A stretch of DNA of 63,578 nucleotides, counting the filler, from Phoronis australis (taxonomy: Eukaryota; Animalia; Phoronida): the NCBI GenBank assembly GCA_002633005.1. It is 6 parts of 6 records of this genome, joined end to end, with 100 filler letters (N's around TTAATTAATTAA, not from the genome) between each part and the next. Parts side by side here need not be neighbours in the genome. Positions count along the whole stretch, not along the records: positions 30,720 to 53,356 come from NMRA01000679.1; positions 53,457 to 61,072 come from NMRA01001998.1; positions 61,173 to 63,578 come from NMRA01003685.1; 3 more parts are not named here. One strand, written 5' to 3'. The notes under the pieces were generated by a model, which saw only the letters and a program-made list of their open reading frames with translations, was not told where the DNA came from and made no database searches. The position numbers and the translations under genes are program-made. Each line of letters starts with the position of its first letter. The first letter of the stretch is position 1. This document shows positions 50,110-63,163 of the stretch, piece by piece.

Positions 50110-50400
50110 GTGAACTGAGATCTCAATATGTCTAAATGAAAATTAATCTGTTTTACCCGTTCATTGATCAAAAGTCTTTCCGCCTTCTGTAACATTTTGA
50201 TGGCGCCATGGCCTTTCACACTGGATTTTAGTCTGAGACTTCTAGGAGTAACCTCTTCCTTTAGGCACCGTAGAGTGAATCTCAGATAATTGCGATATTG
50301 CGCTATTTTTCGTGCTGTCAGTTCATGTTGACGAACAGATTTTAGGTCGTCGTTTGACTCCAACCACACTGATACATAAACTGGGCAAGATTAGAACGTT
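50110..50400 (-). mobile_element. Penelope-like element N-terminal ORF fragment
   Basis: VRQHELTARKIAQYRNYLRFTLRCLKEEVTPRSLRLKSSVKGHGAIKMLQKAERLLINERVKQINF resembles the conserved PLE N-terminal domain (RNHLRFxLRC..xTPxSL). Confidence 0.75.
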
Positions 50401-51792
50401 GGACTACTGTGCGAATGCCATAAATTTTAACCAATCTGCTGTTTTCAATTATTGGCAATCTTATTCGCCAAACAATAATTGATTAAGCCATGCACATATT
50501 CCTCTGATTCTTTGACACAAGTTACAGAAAAAGTAATGAATATTCAATTCCAAGTTCACACATACGCGAGCTTGAGATTCCAAGATCACGCACAGCACTG
50601 ACACCTCTTAGCGATAAAGCGACAAACCACGTGATTGGGGCAAAGTGCCACCTGTTTGCAGTAAAGCCTTGGATGAGTGGGTACCTTTTGCGGGTCCAGC
50701 CATATAATGAAATTATAGTGTCTACACTTACTTAAACCTGTCAATATCTACCTAACTAGTAATCACAGCCATATGGTTTAAATTAGAGAAATGTAGGGGA
50801 AACTGTGAACTATAGAATGCACATGCTCACATATCTTAACAACATCCAGTGATCTAACAATTTCTGTTTGAAAATCACAAGTGTCATGGGTGAATGCGCT
50901 CTCCAAGCGTGGCCCAGCTGCAGCTTATCATTCGATTGAATACCGTGACACCCATCTTGGTGTAATAGGATAACTGGTAAGTAGGCTGACCTCTGCAAGA
51001 GTTAACTTATGAGAAAACAATGAAATTGCATTTGAAAGGACATGAAGAAGTATATCCTCACGTACATGTGTCTACGTTTCATTACACCACACAGCACTGC
51101 AATTCATAAGTCTATAATGAACACTAAACACTCAACAAATTCAACTCAGCCACACCAGAGCTAACACAGGCGAAAATCTACACTCGAAAATAGAAGTGAC
51201 GACATATTTGCACTCGCGCTTGGCATTGTACAAGATGACGACAAAAAAGTCGGAACTCCGTGTTTGAATTTGGCCCTCATATTTTTACGTTTTCCAATCG
51301 TTTTTCCGAGTACTTTACTCGCAAATTTGAAGTCGCCTGGAGTGATGCCTTGGTCGGATAACGCAATCCTTGATTTTGAGAACCGCAGTTTCATCCACTG
51401 AATAATGTGCCCATTATTCAGTGACTGCGTGGTTCCCAAAATCAGGAACCGCTATATCCGACCAGTGCCGGGACATTGTGGTTGTTAGCAAAATGGCCGA
51501 CTTCAACCGCCCTACTGTCGCTTGTTCCCTGCGTACCACTAGATGGTAGCCACCATGCAGGTATCACATAATTTTCCTGTCAGGAAATTTTTTTACAACG
51601 GTGTTTATGATTGGCTGGCAAAATTCTCAACAGGCAGTGCTGGCATGACTAATATGGAGGAAGTGTAAATGTGGTCTGTAGTACAGACAAATCAGTGCTT
51701 AAAATTCATGTTCAAGAAACGTGAATCCCAGAAAATTGTAGTTGCTCCTTTTCCGAGACTTTTGTTTACTTTGCTTCTTCTTCTTGGTTTAA

Positions 51793-52510
51793 AGGAGCAT
51801 GCCACCCAAAAACAACCTAATTTCTATAAATTTAGTAGATCGAGTAGTTCTACTCCATAACAACACCTACGGTTGCGTTACCTGACACCTGACGGCAGAC
51901 GGTGTTCAAATTATCCAATGACGTCATCGGTTTCACACGCAGTCTGTTCATCAGTTCACAACACGGGTTACTGGTGTCAGCATTTCGCTTGAAGTCATCG
52001 TTTAATGACAATAAATCATCAAACTTCGATGTAAAACCCTTAAAAATACACAGAGTTCTTATAAAAACGTGTTGTTATATTTCGTTCTTACGGATTTATT
52101 GGTATTTGGACACACCGCAGCCTACAAAGTTCGGCAGGCCAATAAGGTCTGTAGCAGGAGTTTGGCCTGTTCGGAGATAATTTCGAAGTATTTTCCGTGA
52201 GATACAGACAGGAGAACCTAGATCTGTGTTGTTTAGACTTGTGATTTTTTTAGTTCTAAACACAAAACGCTTGTTATCCCGACCAGTGGCTCGGAGCCCG
52301 ATCAGGCCCGTCGCGGCCGGCCGGATTGACTCGTTATCCCGGCTAGTGGCTCGGAAACTGATCAGACATCACGAACATAAACAAGCTAAAGTTCAGTGGA
52401 CTGAACTAAACTTCCAGTCAAGAAAATACTTTATTAGTGAGCCAAAGTAATGTGCACGTGATTATGTTGGTAAATTAGCCACCAAACTGCAATTCTGGCT
52501 ACTTACTCGT
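51793..52510 (+). mobile_element. TTAA-flanked non-autonomous element (same family as 31005-31142), running up to a Gypsy LTR
   Basis: TTAA|AGGAGCATGCCACCC start with ~135 bp similar to the 31-kb copy; the right extent is uncertain. Confidence 0.55.
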
Positions 52511-52516
52511 GGGGGG

Positions 52517-52694
52517 TGTTGTGTTTCTATGCTGGTTTCGGACCAAAGATGAAGATCGATACGATTGTGACTAAGGCATTTATATTGAGAGTACATGAAA
52601 CATCAACCGAAACAGGAAGTAGGTAACAGAGCATGCCTACTATACTAAGACACTGGTAGCGACATCTTTAGTTACTACTGACCATAACGTAACA
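52517..52694 (-). mobile_element. 3' LTR (178 bp) of a Gypsy element
   Basis: Minus strand: purine tract AAGGAGGA immediately followed by TGTTA...CACAACA (TG..CA ends), directly downstream of the pol C-terminus. Confidence 0.75.
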
Positions 52695-52806
52695 TCCTCC
52701 TTGTTGAAAGAAAAAAAAAAATACCATGAAACACTATCCTAATTTTAAAACTATGATAACTGGTCCTAACTAAAAGACAATGGGTGGACTATCATTGTCT
52801 GGACAG

Positions 52807-53356
52807 TCAAACGGGGATTATTCTGCCCCAACGGTTTGGCTGCTTGTAACTGCATCTCTTGGATGAGTCGTGCTGGTCTTGTAACCGTTCGTCCGGAGAG
52901 GGTAACCACACTGTGCTCGGGGTGGGTGAAATGATGGGAGGCTTAGCCGTATTATTGTTCGTTTCCGGAGCATGGTTAGGCGGTGTTGGTCGGACTTCAG
53001 ACGGTGGTTCGCGGGTAGTAACGGTGGGCGTTGTTTTGTCAGGCGCACTGGTTTGGGGAGGTAAGGTATTTCTGGCGTCGGGATCTGTGGCCATCTGAGC
53101 TGGTGAGGGGTCGAATCTCATGATCGTGCCATGGTCCTGCACTTGTCGAGGTCTAAGCAGGATACGGTTGCGGCGAAGTGTGCGACCGCTTGTCTCGCAT
53201 TGTACCGTATAGGACCGTGGTTCTGGGCCTACTCCGATGATGGTGCCAGGTGACCAAGTCTTCGTGGCGACGTCTTGATAGTACACGCGCTCGTTCAGCT
53301 GCAGTTCTGTTAGTTCGCGCTTATCAGGCGAGTTCGGGTGAGGCAGGTTGTCGTCT
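52807..53356 (-). CDS. Gypsy pol C-terminus (post-integrase region), open up to the assembly gap
   Basis: RELTELQLNERVYYQDVATKTWSPGTIIGVGPEPRSYTVQCETSGRTLRRNRILLRP followed by a Pro/Thr-rich tail; no stops. Confidence 0.85.
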
Positions 53357-53456
53357 NNNNNNNNNNNNNNNNNNNNNNNNNNNNNNNNNNNNNNNNNNNN
53401 TTAATTAATTAANNNNNNNNNNNNNNNNNNNNNNNNNNNNNNNNNNNNNNNNNNNN
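53357..53456. other. Assembly linker N44-TTAATTAATTAA-N44
   Basis: Seen directly. Confidence 0.99.
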
Positions 53457-56400
53457 CGTATAATAAAACAAATGTTTAAGCTTTGGGACTGAAGGTGAAA
53501 TTCAAAAATCCTAGGATATCTGTGGTTGGTTGCATGAAGTAGTCCCAAAGGGACTCAACTATGTTCTCTAAATTCTCCTGGCATTTCTGGACTTTCTGTA
53601 AACACTGATTGTCTTCTCTTCTGCTCTTTTATCTGCATTGCTATGTTAAGCCTAGAGCTTTTAGTGAGAGAATTAACTCTATGTTGAGCTTTTAATCTTA
53701 TTGATTGAAGTTAACAGGGGCCTTTTCATGCCCAAATTTATGGACTTGGTCCTTATCTATTTTCATTGAAATAACGGCTCAATTTTCAAATACGATATTA
53801 GACAAAGCAGTACCCACAATAAAGATAAAATTACAACACGAGTGATTGATCCAAGTCTCCAAATGTGCTTGTAATTAAGGGAACATAGTTGAATCCGTAT
53901 TGGAACTGTTTCAACCAAACAGGAACTGATCTTTTAGGTAGCCTATATAATGGCTGGTTTCTGCAAACACCCCTGGTAACTGCCTAACAGCTGACTGGCC
54001 TGACAACTACATGAGTCTGGCTGCACTGGGCTACTGCTTCGCCCTGTCTTTCATATTGTTGCTACCTAGTTGGAACTAAAAGTTTCTTGGAATTGTGCTG
54101 CTGAATTTTCGCTGACCTCGCTAAAATGTTACTTTTATCACTGCTGAGCTATGTTTATTTTCGTTTATGAAGATGTACAATGCCTTCATCGATGCTTCTG
54201 TCTGTTGTTATTTGTTAAGCACACATGCTTTAATCTTGTGCCTTTTCTCTTATTATTTCAGCTGAAGTGGGCTGCCTGGGCTGCTGTCTTCTGTTCATTC
54301 ATTAGTTTCGCCAACTCTCGTTCATCCGAAGATACAAAACAGATGCTCAGTAGTTTCATGTATGTATTTGAAACCAATGTAGTGCATGTATTGAATGGTT
54401 TATTCAGCATTAATTAACCCTAAATGTAATACAGTACAACACTGTGGAATGTATTATAACACTGCACAAATTTAATTTAGACAGACATTGCCATGAGAAA
54501 ACATGCTGATTGAATTTTTTTTTTTTTGATTTCCTTAAATTTTGCTTGCCTTCAGCATAAGAAATGACCAATTAAGTCTTGTTCACACATATAAAAACTG
54601 TACTGAGTTTGTTTTGATATCTTAAAGTATTAGCTTAATTTTTTGTTGGTCATTTTCAGGTTATCCATTTCTGCTGTTGTCATGTCCTATCTTCAAAACC
54701 CAGTTCCAATGACCCCTCCATGGCAGTGATGAGGATTACTTGGACCAACAGAGAAACACAGAGAGAGTGTCTTATGAGGCGTTGGATTGAGCGGACATTA
54801 AAATTGTGCAATGTGTCAAAATGAACTTGGAACTATGTGCTCACCTAGAGCAATCATGGGAGTGTGGACACTTCAGAGACCATGTCATTTTACATCTATA
54901 TTTATCATTCTTCATCATGTTTCAAGTATGATCACAGCATGTACAGTCCCTGATTATTTAATAAATATCCAGAAGTAATGGGAAAGTAAAGGGCCTTGTT
55001 TTTGTGAGGAGTGGGATTCCTAAGCTGTGCTATTTCTGGGAAATAAAGACACTCCAAGGAGTGTTTCAGTGTTGTGTAAGATGTATTGGAAAAATTGCCA
55101 CATGTTGTTGAAATGAAAACTTTTCCTTAATGAATCACTGTTGTGTCTGCTTTAAAGTAATGACCAGGGCACATGCTTTGCCTCAAGTTGTTTAGTTTGT
55201 TTCTGAAAAGGGTCCACACAGGTTTCTAAAAATCTCCCTTGGGAATGTTTTTAAAATTACTTCCCTGAACACTTTGCACAAGCATGATTGCCAGACCTAC
55301 CATTTTTCGTTTAAAGGCCGAGTACTTTGTTGCAAATCGTGGAAGCTTAACCCAATGGTGATTTCTTACCTCAGGACCTCTACACAGTACAAACTAAGCT
55401 AATGATAGACAAAATTATATTAATATTTATTTTTGTTGCACAACTTGACAAAATAAAGTTTTTCTTGTTCTTTCATATTGCATTGGAAATAGGAAGAAAA
55501 TTACCGAAATTTTCTAACGAGCCATCTCCCGTGGACCACTGTGTTTTTAAGGGTATGTAAGCCAGAAATCCGTTCTTGACAAAAGCGTATCCTGACTGTT
55601 GTACTTAACTACGTGCTCAATGAGTGGAAAGTGGATACGTTGAAATATTTTCCTACAGAGGCACGAAATTATAGCGAGGGAAACATAATAAAGCTTGCTT
55701 CGTCTGATGCCATTCATCTGATTGGTAGTGTTAAAGGGTGCTTCTTGGTTAGTTAGTTTTAACTCCATGAATATCGCAATGTTGGACACGTAGCAGTTCT
55801 AGTTAAACTACACCCCTGTAGAACGATATGTCATTTTGTCACAGCACTCCTTGCAGTTTATGGTGACAGCTTGGACCTGTAACGCTGAACCAACAATTAA
55901 GAAGTTAGGAAACTTTCTGTCGGCCTGCCAATTTTGGTCGTTGTGACAACTTGTGTGTGGGTGTGGTTCTGCCTCTTGGTCTGTCAATGTATGGCAAGCG
56001 AGATTTTGTCGGTCTGTTTTGCGTTTTCAAAAACATTTTACTGTTTTATGAACAAATAGCATGTCCAAATCTACCACTCAGTCCAAACTATGAGAATTAA
56101 ATCTGGGGTCATGGTTGTTTGACCATTCCGGTCAACACGAATTTCCAGTATAAACCTGTGGCGGATTTTTAAGGGGGCCAAGCTATTAAGGGGCCCATAG
56201 CCCTCCCAAACTCTTCCAGATTCCACTTGGAAGTTGGGGGGTGCTAGTGTCTGACCTGTTAAAACCTGGCTAATACTCTGCCCTGCCCCTCCCCCAAACA
56301 AAAAATCTTGGATCTCCCTGCAACCCGTGAATTGGTCATACATGTAATTAATCCACACTGGTCGCCAGCTTACCGGCCACTTCTTCTATGATCGCCAGAA

Positions 56401-56509
56401 TTTTTAACTCAGGTCGTCACGATGTTTGCCCAATTTTTCATCGAAGAGATTTTGTAGCTAGTAGGGGTGGCCCTTGGGTGCCTTGAGCCATACTTAACAT
56501 AGTTTATTT

Positions 56510-56656
56510 CATGGGCGGCGCAGCACTGAAAAAAGTGGGGGGCTAAAGCCCCCTCAGCCCCCCTTGTGGTGCACCGCCTATAGACCATGTGTGACCCAGC
56601 ACTGAAAAAAGTGGGGGCTATAGCCCCCCCCAGCCCCCTATGGTGCGCCGCCCATG
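56510..56656. mobile_element. Tandem dimer of a ~72-bp hAT-type mini-MITE
   Basis: Outer perfect 13-bp TIR CATGGGCGGCGCA/TGCGCCGCCCATG; CAGCACTGAAAAAAGTGGGGGCTA occurs twice; no 8-bp TSD. Confidence 0.7.
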
Positions 56657-57333
56657 TATTATGGTTAATTGTCAACGTACTCCTTGCCCTGGCACTGGTC
56701 TTTTGATGTACATGTAGGGCTCTGCGCATTGTTCCAATTGCGAATATTCCAATTTCGACAGTCTCTTGGTCAGTAAAGGAAATGTCCTCGTTTTGGATGC
56801 GATCGGTAGGTTTAGAGTACAAAAACGTAGTCTATATGCAAAATGTCCAGGCCAGGATTTATAGTCATGATGCCTGCAAGTGCCCCATTGACTTAAACTT
56901 TGTGATCCTCTTCGTAGACTATCGTACGATCGAAGAAAAATAGATAGTTTTTTGAAAAAATCAACTGTCTGAATAGTTTAACGTGGAAACACTAACTCTA
57001 AGTAAACATGTTTATTTTGCTATTTCGCACAGCCTCTCAACGTCAAAAACCGTTGATCTACTGTTGCAGCGTCTTATGTCTTCCTGATAGTATGGACCAA
57101 AAAAATTCCGCAGTTTTCAATATTTCGAACTTCACCTGGGAAATTGATCGACAGTTGAACAACTGACCTATCAAAAGTGAAGAACTAATATTGGAGCTGC
57201 TCCACCTTTAGTTTGCCAAAAATAACTTTTGATTTAGATCCTCCGAAATCGGTTTCGCCTTGTTTGTTGCTTCTCATATATGGTTTCTAGGCTTGAGAAG
57301 ACTAATTGACAGGCCGTTGTTGCTCAACTAGAC

Positions 57334-57423
57334 GAGGCTCGTTCCAACAGAACTGACTTAGCTAAGACAAATCTTAAATTTAAGTCAAAAATTAACTTAA
57401 CTCAGTTTCTTGGAACAAGCCCC
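57334..57423. mobile_element. ~90-bp palindromic mini-MITE (Harbinger-like ends)
   Basis: GAGGCTCGTTCCAACAGAACTGA ... TCAGTTTCTTGGAACAAGCCCC imperfect inversion. Confidence 0.55.
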
Positions 57424-60400
57424 AGACCTGCCTGTGGTACGGGAGTCAATCTACTTTCAGCCATCAAAGGCCGTCAGGGAAATTCCAAGTTCATTATAAC
57501 AAGTTTCGAACAATAGGCCTACAAATGAAACATAAAATAGCTATGACGTTGCCTAGAAAGACCAAACAGTCCTGTGTTGAAACTTAACTTTTAATCCGTG
57601 TACTAAGGTACGGAGCGAGGTATTTCGGCAAACCTCCACTTGAGTAAAACTTACTTTGTACAAATTTGTGCTGGCGTATTACTCAGCGTGATTGACTTCA
57701 TTCTCCGGCGCACATTCGGTAAATACGGAAGTACTTAGGGACGACTTCACTTGATGACCACTTACATGTGTATGTGGGGCTGCTTATAGCTTTTCTACTG
57801 GATCAATGTTAATAAAGTTCAAGCAAAAAGAGGCCCGAAAATTATGTTTCCTAGAAATTATTATTTTCACAAAAATACCAGTTAACTGAAATTGAATTTT
57901 TCAATCCATTGGGATTTCGAAAGTACATATTGTCATGCCTGAAAATGGACAGTGCAGTGTTTTGATGAAACGGTTGTGAAATAACTTCTCGAAGGTTGAC
58001 ATCTACCAGTAACCTCGCTGAGCATGCGTTTATCCGGCCTGACACGATCACATCACAGAAACAAATTTTTGGTTAGACATCAGGGCACGGTGTCTAATTT
58101 TTGCAAACCATGGAGTACTTGAGCACAAATGTATTACGGAAATGTCAAAAATAGTTTCAAGCTAAACGGTTTGAGTAGAAAGGATTATAAAATTTATCTA
58201 GCAACATTATTTTGTTGGTCAAACTACATAACTTACATTCTAAAAGGCGAATGCGTCAGTGCTTTTCAACACAACTTGATTATTTTTATTTGCCAAACAA
58301 AGTCTAGTGTTGATTTAGTAGATTCGTATAATGTTTCAGGCTCAGTCGAAGGCACAACCGAGTGTCATTTCTCAATATTGTACCAGGAAGTAAAACGTAC
58401 AGCAAATGAATACAGCAAAAGCATAGTTTCACTTCCTTGATTACAGGGTAAACATGCAGACGTCTACGGTGATTATACCACACCCATTCACTCTGACTAT
58501 TCTATCAAAAAGGCTACACAATTCAGTAACAATGAGCAGGCCTATTGCCTCGCGCTCATTTCAAAAGACGCCTAAGGTGCAATATCAGGTACATGTGCCG
58601 AACGAGGATTGGTTGAAATCGATAAGAACAACGGAGTTTAGTATTCTTTTAAACTCATGTAATGTCTTAACCGGTTAACCTGGATAAACTGTCTGTCATT
58701 AGACCGCCAGGAGGCTTTTCACTACTTCCCTTGCTCAGAACTATTCAGGAAGCAAGACAACCTCCTGATGTGATCGAGGACTGGGTGTAAGCGTGGTTTA
58801 CTGATTAGACGGCACAACTCCGACTGGCTCTTACAGTGCTCAATCTCCAAGTAAGTGCAGTGTTGGACTCAGGAAGTGGAGTCCTTTCAGGCAAATTTCG
58901 TTACGGCCTTTCAGTGGTACACTTATACGCCTTTGCCAAACTGGGATAATTTTGCCCATAAACATAATATGCACGGGGATGTGATGAATTTTAATATTAT
59001 TTTTTGAAAAGAACTTAAAGGAGACTATGTTTTTTTTCTTTTTATGGCTGTATACGTGTGAATATTGTTTAGCGAAATTTGCAGCAGCTGCTCTGAACAA
59101 ATCTTGGGTCCGTCAGATTCAGAATACGACTGGTCGCCAGAGCGCAGGGCGTCATAATTGTGAGCACTACGGGTTTAACTGAAGAAGACATCTTCTGACA
59201 TTTCTGAGTTCAACTGATGAAATTTTGCCAACTCCATGGATCCTTGCCGGTTACTTGAGGGATTGTGGGGGAGGGGCAAAAGGTACACCAACTGAGAATT
59301 TACTAACAGGCTCCAAATGGTGTTTTGTAAGAGTATTTGCAGTGGAAGTCGAGTATTGGAAGCAACACGATTATAGAGCGTGGTTTGTAGACTGTGCCTT
59401 GCGTACACATTGTAATCCAACACCAGCCTTTATATATTTTACTAACAGTAGATCGCCCAGGTAAGATTACATCTCCTCTCGTGCGAGCCACTAACCCGGC
59501 GTTAATTGGCATAAGAGCCGGAGTCCGCTCAAAAATACATCGGCAAAGAGATAATTTACGAGAAAGGGGACCAGAAGAAATGATGTGCAGTTATGAAAGC
59601 ATAAATGGTCGTTTGGGTGCGGACTCACGAAATTATGTCGATTTCTATGACAACATTTGCCTTTCAATTACTAGCTGGTGAGCCGACCCGTGGACCAGAC
59701 GGTCTCGCCACCTGGTGACCGCTTTTAAAAGAACGGCTTGAGTTCCAATAGCAACACCTACTGGCTGTGCCTCTGGAAACGAGAAAGGAATGGACTGGTT
59801 CTGAAAACAAGGGAATGAAATGTTAAAAGTGACACAAAGTATCCAGTTTTGTTGACAAGTGAAAGAACAGTTCGGCTGAATAAGATAAGGAGTTTATGAA
59901 AATTTCTTTTATAGGATTTCTCAGGCGGGTTGTGAGGTGACGTGGGTTTAGTGGCTAAAATGGCACGATTTCAACTTATGCTTTCATGCTCATGCTTTCA
60001 TGTTGTGCCCCTAGTGTCAATTGTTTATGACGTTTGCCTTTATATCTTAGGAGCTCATTGGTTTAGTCTTATGAAATTTTGCAAACAGCAGTGTTTTACA
60101 GAGCCAAAGCAACCTTCTCAATTCAGAAGGGCTAATGCATTTTGCGTCATTTAATAGCCATTTTTATGATAATAAAACACTCATTGAAGCATACCGTTTG
60201 CGGTGCTATCGTAGGCACATTTCGTTGCTCTTATTAATTTATGAAATTTATTTAATGTTCAAATAATTGCCGCTCGAAAGTACATGTACGGGAAAGAAAT
60301 TGATTTTGGCTGCGGGGAACACCATTACAGGCCTACGGCTCTCGCCGGCGCAAATATGGAGTCAGCGGCAGGACAGAAACAACCCGTAGCTTCATTATTG

Positions 60401-61072
60401 GGATCGAGTCACATTTTATGCTGTACTTAAAATAGGCAGTGCTATATATCAAATACTTATTTTAGTCTATTATATGTTGAATATATTGTACCCGTATTAA
60501 AATACCAACCATTTATAACAAAATACTTTTAAATTGAAAAACGCTTCATTGGTTTAAGATAAACAGGCATCGTACTGTAGGAGAATTATTTTTGTGTCAG
60601 AAATAACACAGAAACATGATAGATTTATTCAAGGTGGCAATAAAGATGATGAGATGCGATTTCCATAGCATGATTCAAGCGCGGGTTTTCAAAAAAAAGA
60701 TTAACGGGTGCATCTGTATTTTATGCCTAATGTACCAAAACGAGGGAGTCGTATGTCTGCGTCACACAAAGCATTGAAATGGGCTCACAGTTCAAGTATT
60801 TCCTCATTCAATGTTTTATATAAGCCGTTTGTAATAAACCATGTTCTCGTGACTAAAACATCATCAATTTTCTTCCCAGATTTAGGATTATTTGCACCCT
60901 TCTACACTAGCAAGGATTAAACTCAGAGTTACTGTAGGTGATGTTTTGATGCGTTTGGCATCGCTATCAAATTGTAGCACACTGTTTTGGCAAGCACGAC
61001 CAAACTTGACTTTGTTGATGTTTTGAAGAGTTTGGCATCCAGTCTCTTAATAACTATTTACGCTTGCAACAT

Positions 61073-61172
61073 NNNNNNNNNNNNNNNNNNNNNNNNNNNN
61101 NNNNNNNNNNNNNNNNTTAATTAATTAANNNNNNNNNNNNNNNNNNNNNNNNNNNNNNNNNNNNNNNNNNNN
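61073..61172. other. Assembly linker N44-TTAATTAATTAA-N44
   Basis: Seen directly. Confidence 0.99.
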
Positions 61173-62269
61173 GGAAGGAATTAAAGACATTGATGGCCTC
61201 CTAAGGTGTCCCTCTATGCGCAAAAGACACACACACGCACATGCACACACACACCTTTTGAAAAGCAACGATCTAAAGAAATCGTAGATTAGTTAAGTTT
61301 TTGACCACCAGGTGACTCCTTCCATTAAACATGGCGGTAATTACTACCGTGTACCGGGAAATAGTGCGAGCAGAAATTTCACGATAAAATATTAAAAGAA
61401 CGGGGTAGGAAGAATTTCTGTGTATTTTTGGAAAGATAACTTTGAAAAGAATTAAACGATACCAAAATCATATGTGTAAGTCAATGTCGTCATATTTTAA
61501 ACAATTACTTATAACTCTACATCACATGTTATGATGTTGATAAGTTTCACGACGAGGAGACGAGCAAAACTACCCGGCCGTGAAATTTCGAAGTCTACTG
61601 GAGCTGAACACACACTCCTAGTGGCATTTTGACGATAGTCTTCATACAGACAGCTGGCTGGCTAACTCTTAGACAGTGATCACCGTCTGTAGTTGAACTA
61701 CAACTAGAGACGGTGGTCACTGCCCAGCTAACTCTCACCTAACAAACCTATCCTTGTGGGGGCCGCCATTTTGGAAATAAGTCTGATAGTTAGCGTCATC
61801 TGGCGGTCAAAGTTCTGACGCGAATCGCCGGGCTCCGATGGCATTGCGGGCCCGGACCACCCGAAAACTATTTTTTTAAATAGGGGCCTATAAACAAACT
61901 CGAAGACATGCATCGTTGGTATATAGTGAAAACGAGAAATGCAGGTGAAAAGGCTTATAAAATACAACTTGCCGCCCTTCGGGGTGGGGGGGCAGGGACT
62001 CAGTAGCCACTGCATGACTATGTTGCTCATGCGCGCACCCGGGGGGGGGGGGGCTCGGGGGCTCTAACCCCATTTTGTGAAGTGGGAAAAAAAGCCCCCC
62101 TCAGAGAAACAAAACCCCCGCAAAAAGCAGAAAACGAGATAAAAGTTCACTAAAAAGCCCGGAAAATTCGGCGAATGCAGAATGCCAAGCTCGACGTAAA
62201 AGTACCCGGTGAATCTTAGTAAAAGGTCCACATTCGCCGTCCCCATTTTAGGCTGGNCCGCGTGATCCC

Positions 62270-62311
62270 AGACCGCCCCGAGTTGCTCCAGCAGCCATCT
62301 CGGGGCGGTCT
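62270..62311. other. GC-rich hairpin with a perfect 13-bp stem
   Basis: AGACCGCCCCGAG - 16 nt - CTCGGGGCGGTCT. Confidence 0.8.
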
Positions 62312-63028
62312 CTCACGAGGGTTTAGCGTTATGGTCCCCTTATTGATGCTCGCCCATGGTTTTTTGTCGACTCGTGTCCGGGCTCAGGAACTGAGAGCGG
62401 GGAGACTCCTAGGGTCACCTAAATCCGTCATTTCCTAACGTTGGAACATTTTGAATAGCTTTAAAGAAAAATGTGTCAGCGAACCATTTGCAAGCGAGCC
62501 GATTCTATCTCAAGTTATATTCTTTCGCAGAAGTAGAGGGCAGAACATTCGGTGATTCTAGTATTCGGAAACTAAAAGCCCGAACACCGTGACATTTTGC
62601 TCTCGTCTATAAAAACATAGGCATTTCAAAAAATACCAGTTTTGGCATTTCGGCCTCTTTATAGGTACTTCTTTAAATGGTGTGAATGAAAACACGTCCT
62701 TTATAGTTACCCGTCTTGGGAATTGCTTGATGACATTCGGAGTGGCGGATTTGTATTTCCCTGAGAACCAAACCATTCAGGCCAGGCTAAAGTTCTCTTG
62801 AAGCACATTACTATGGTGACAAAACCGTTTCTGAGGCAATTCCATTAAAATTGAAATTGTATTTCAACTCAAAGAAAGAACAACTAGCACTTGTTTGACA
62901 TGTTTAACCGCGCCACACACGTTTCACAAATGGCCAGCCTGTGGAGCTCGCTTATGTACACGCAGGTTATCTTGTGTACAGCTTATGGAGCTAACAGCAC
63001 AAAATGTGAACTCAGTCGTCGTAGAATA

Positions 63029-63163
63029 AGGAGCTTCGGCACTGTGTGCCTGACTAGCCCCTTTGTGCCCTCTTGTCTGAGGAGCTTCGGCACTGTGTGC
63101 CTGACTAGCCCCTTTGTGCCCTCCTGTCTGAGGAGCTTCGGCACTGTGTGCCTGACTAGCCCT
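63029..63163. repeat. 51-bp tandem repeat, ~2.6 copies
   Basis: AGGAGCTTCGGCACTGTGTGCCTGACTAGCCC at 63029, 63080 and 63131. Confidence 0.95.

Noticed and set aside
63077-63145. CTGAGGA-GC-TTCG-GC in the 51-bp repeat as a hammerhead core
   Set aside because: No GAAA follows the short stem and no stems I/III are evident.
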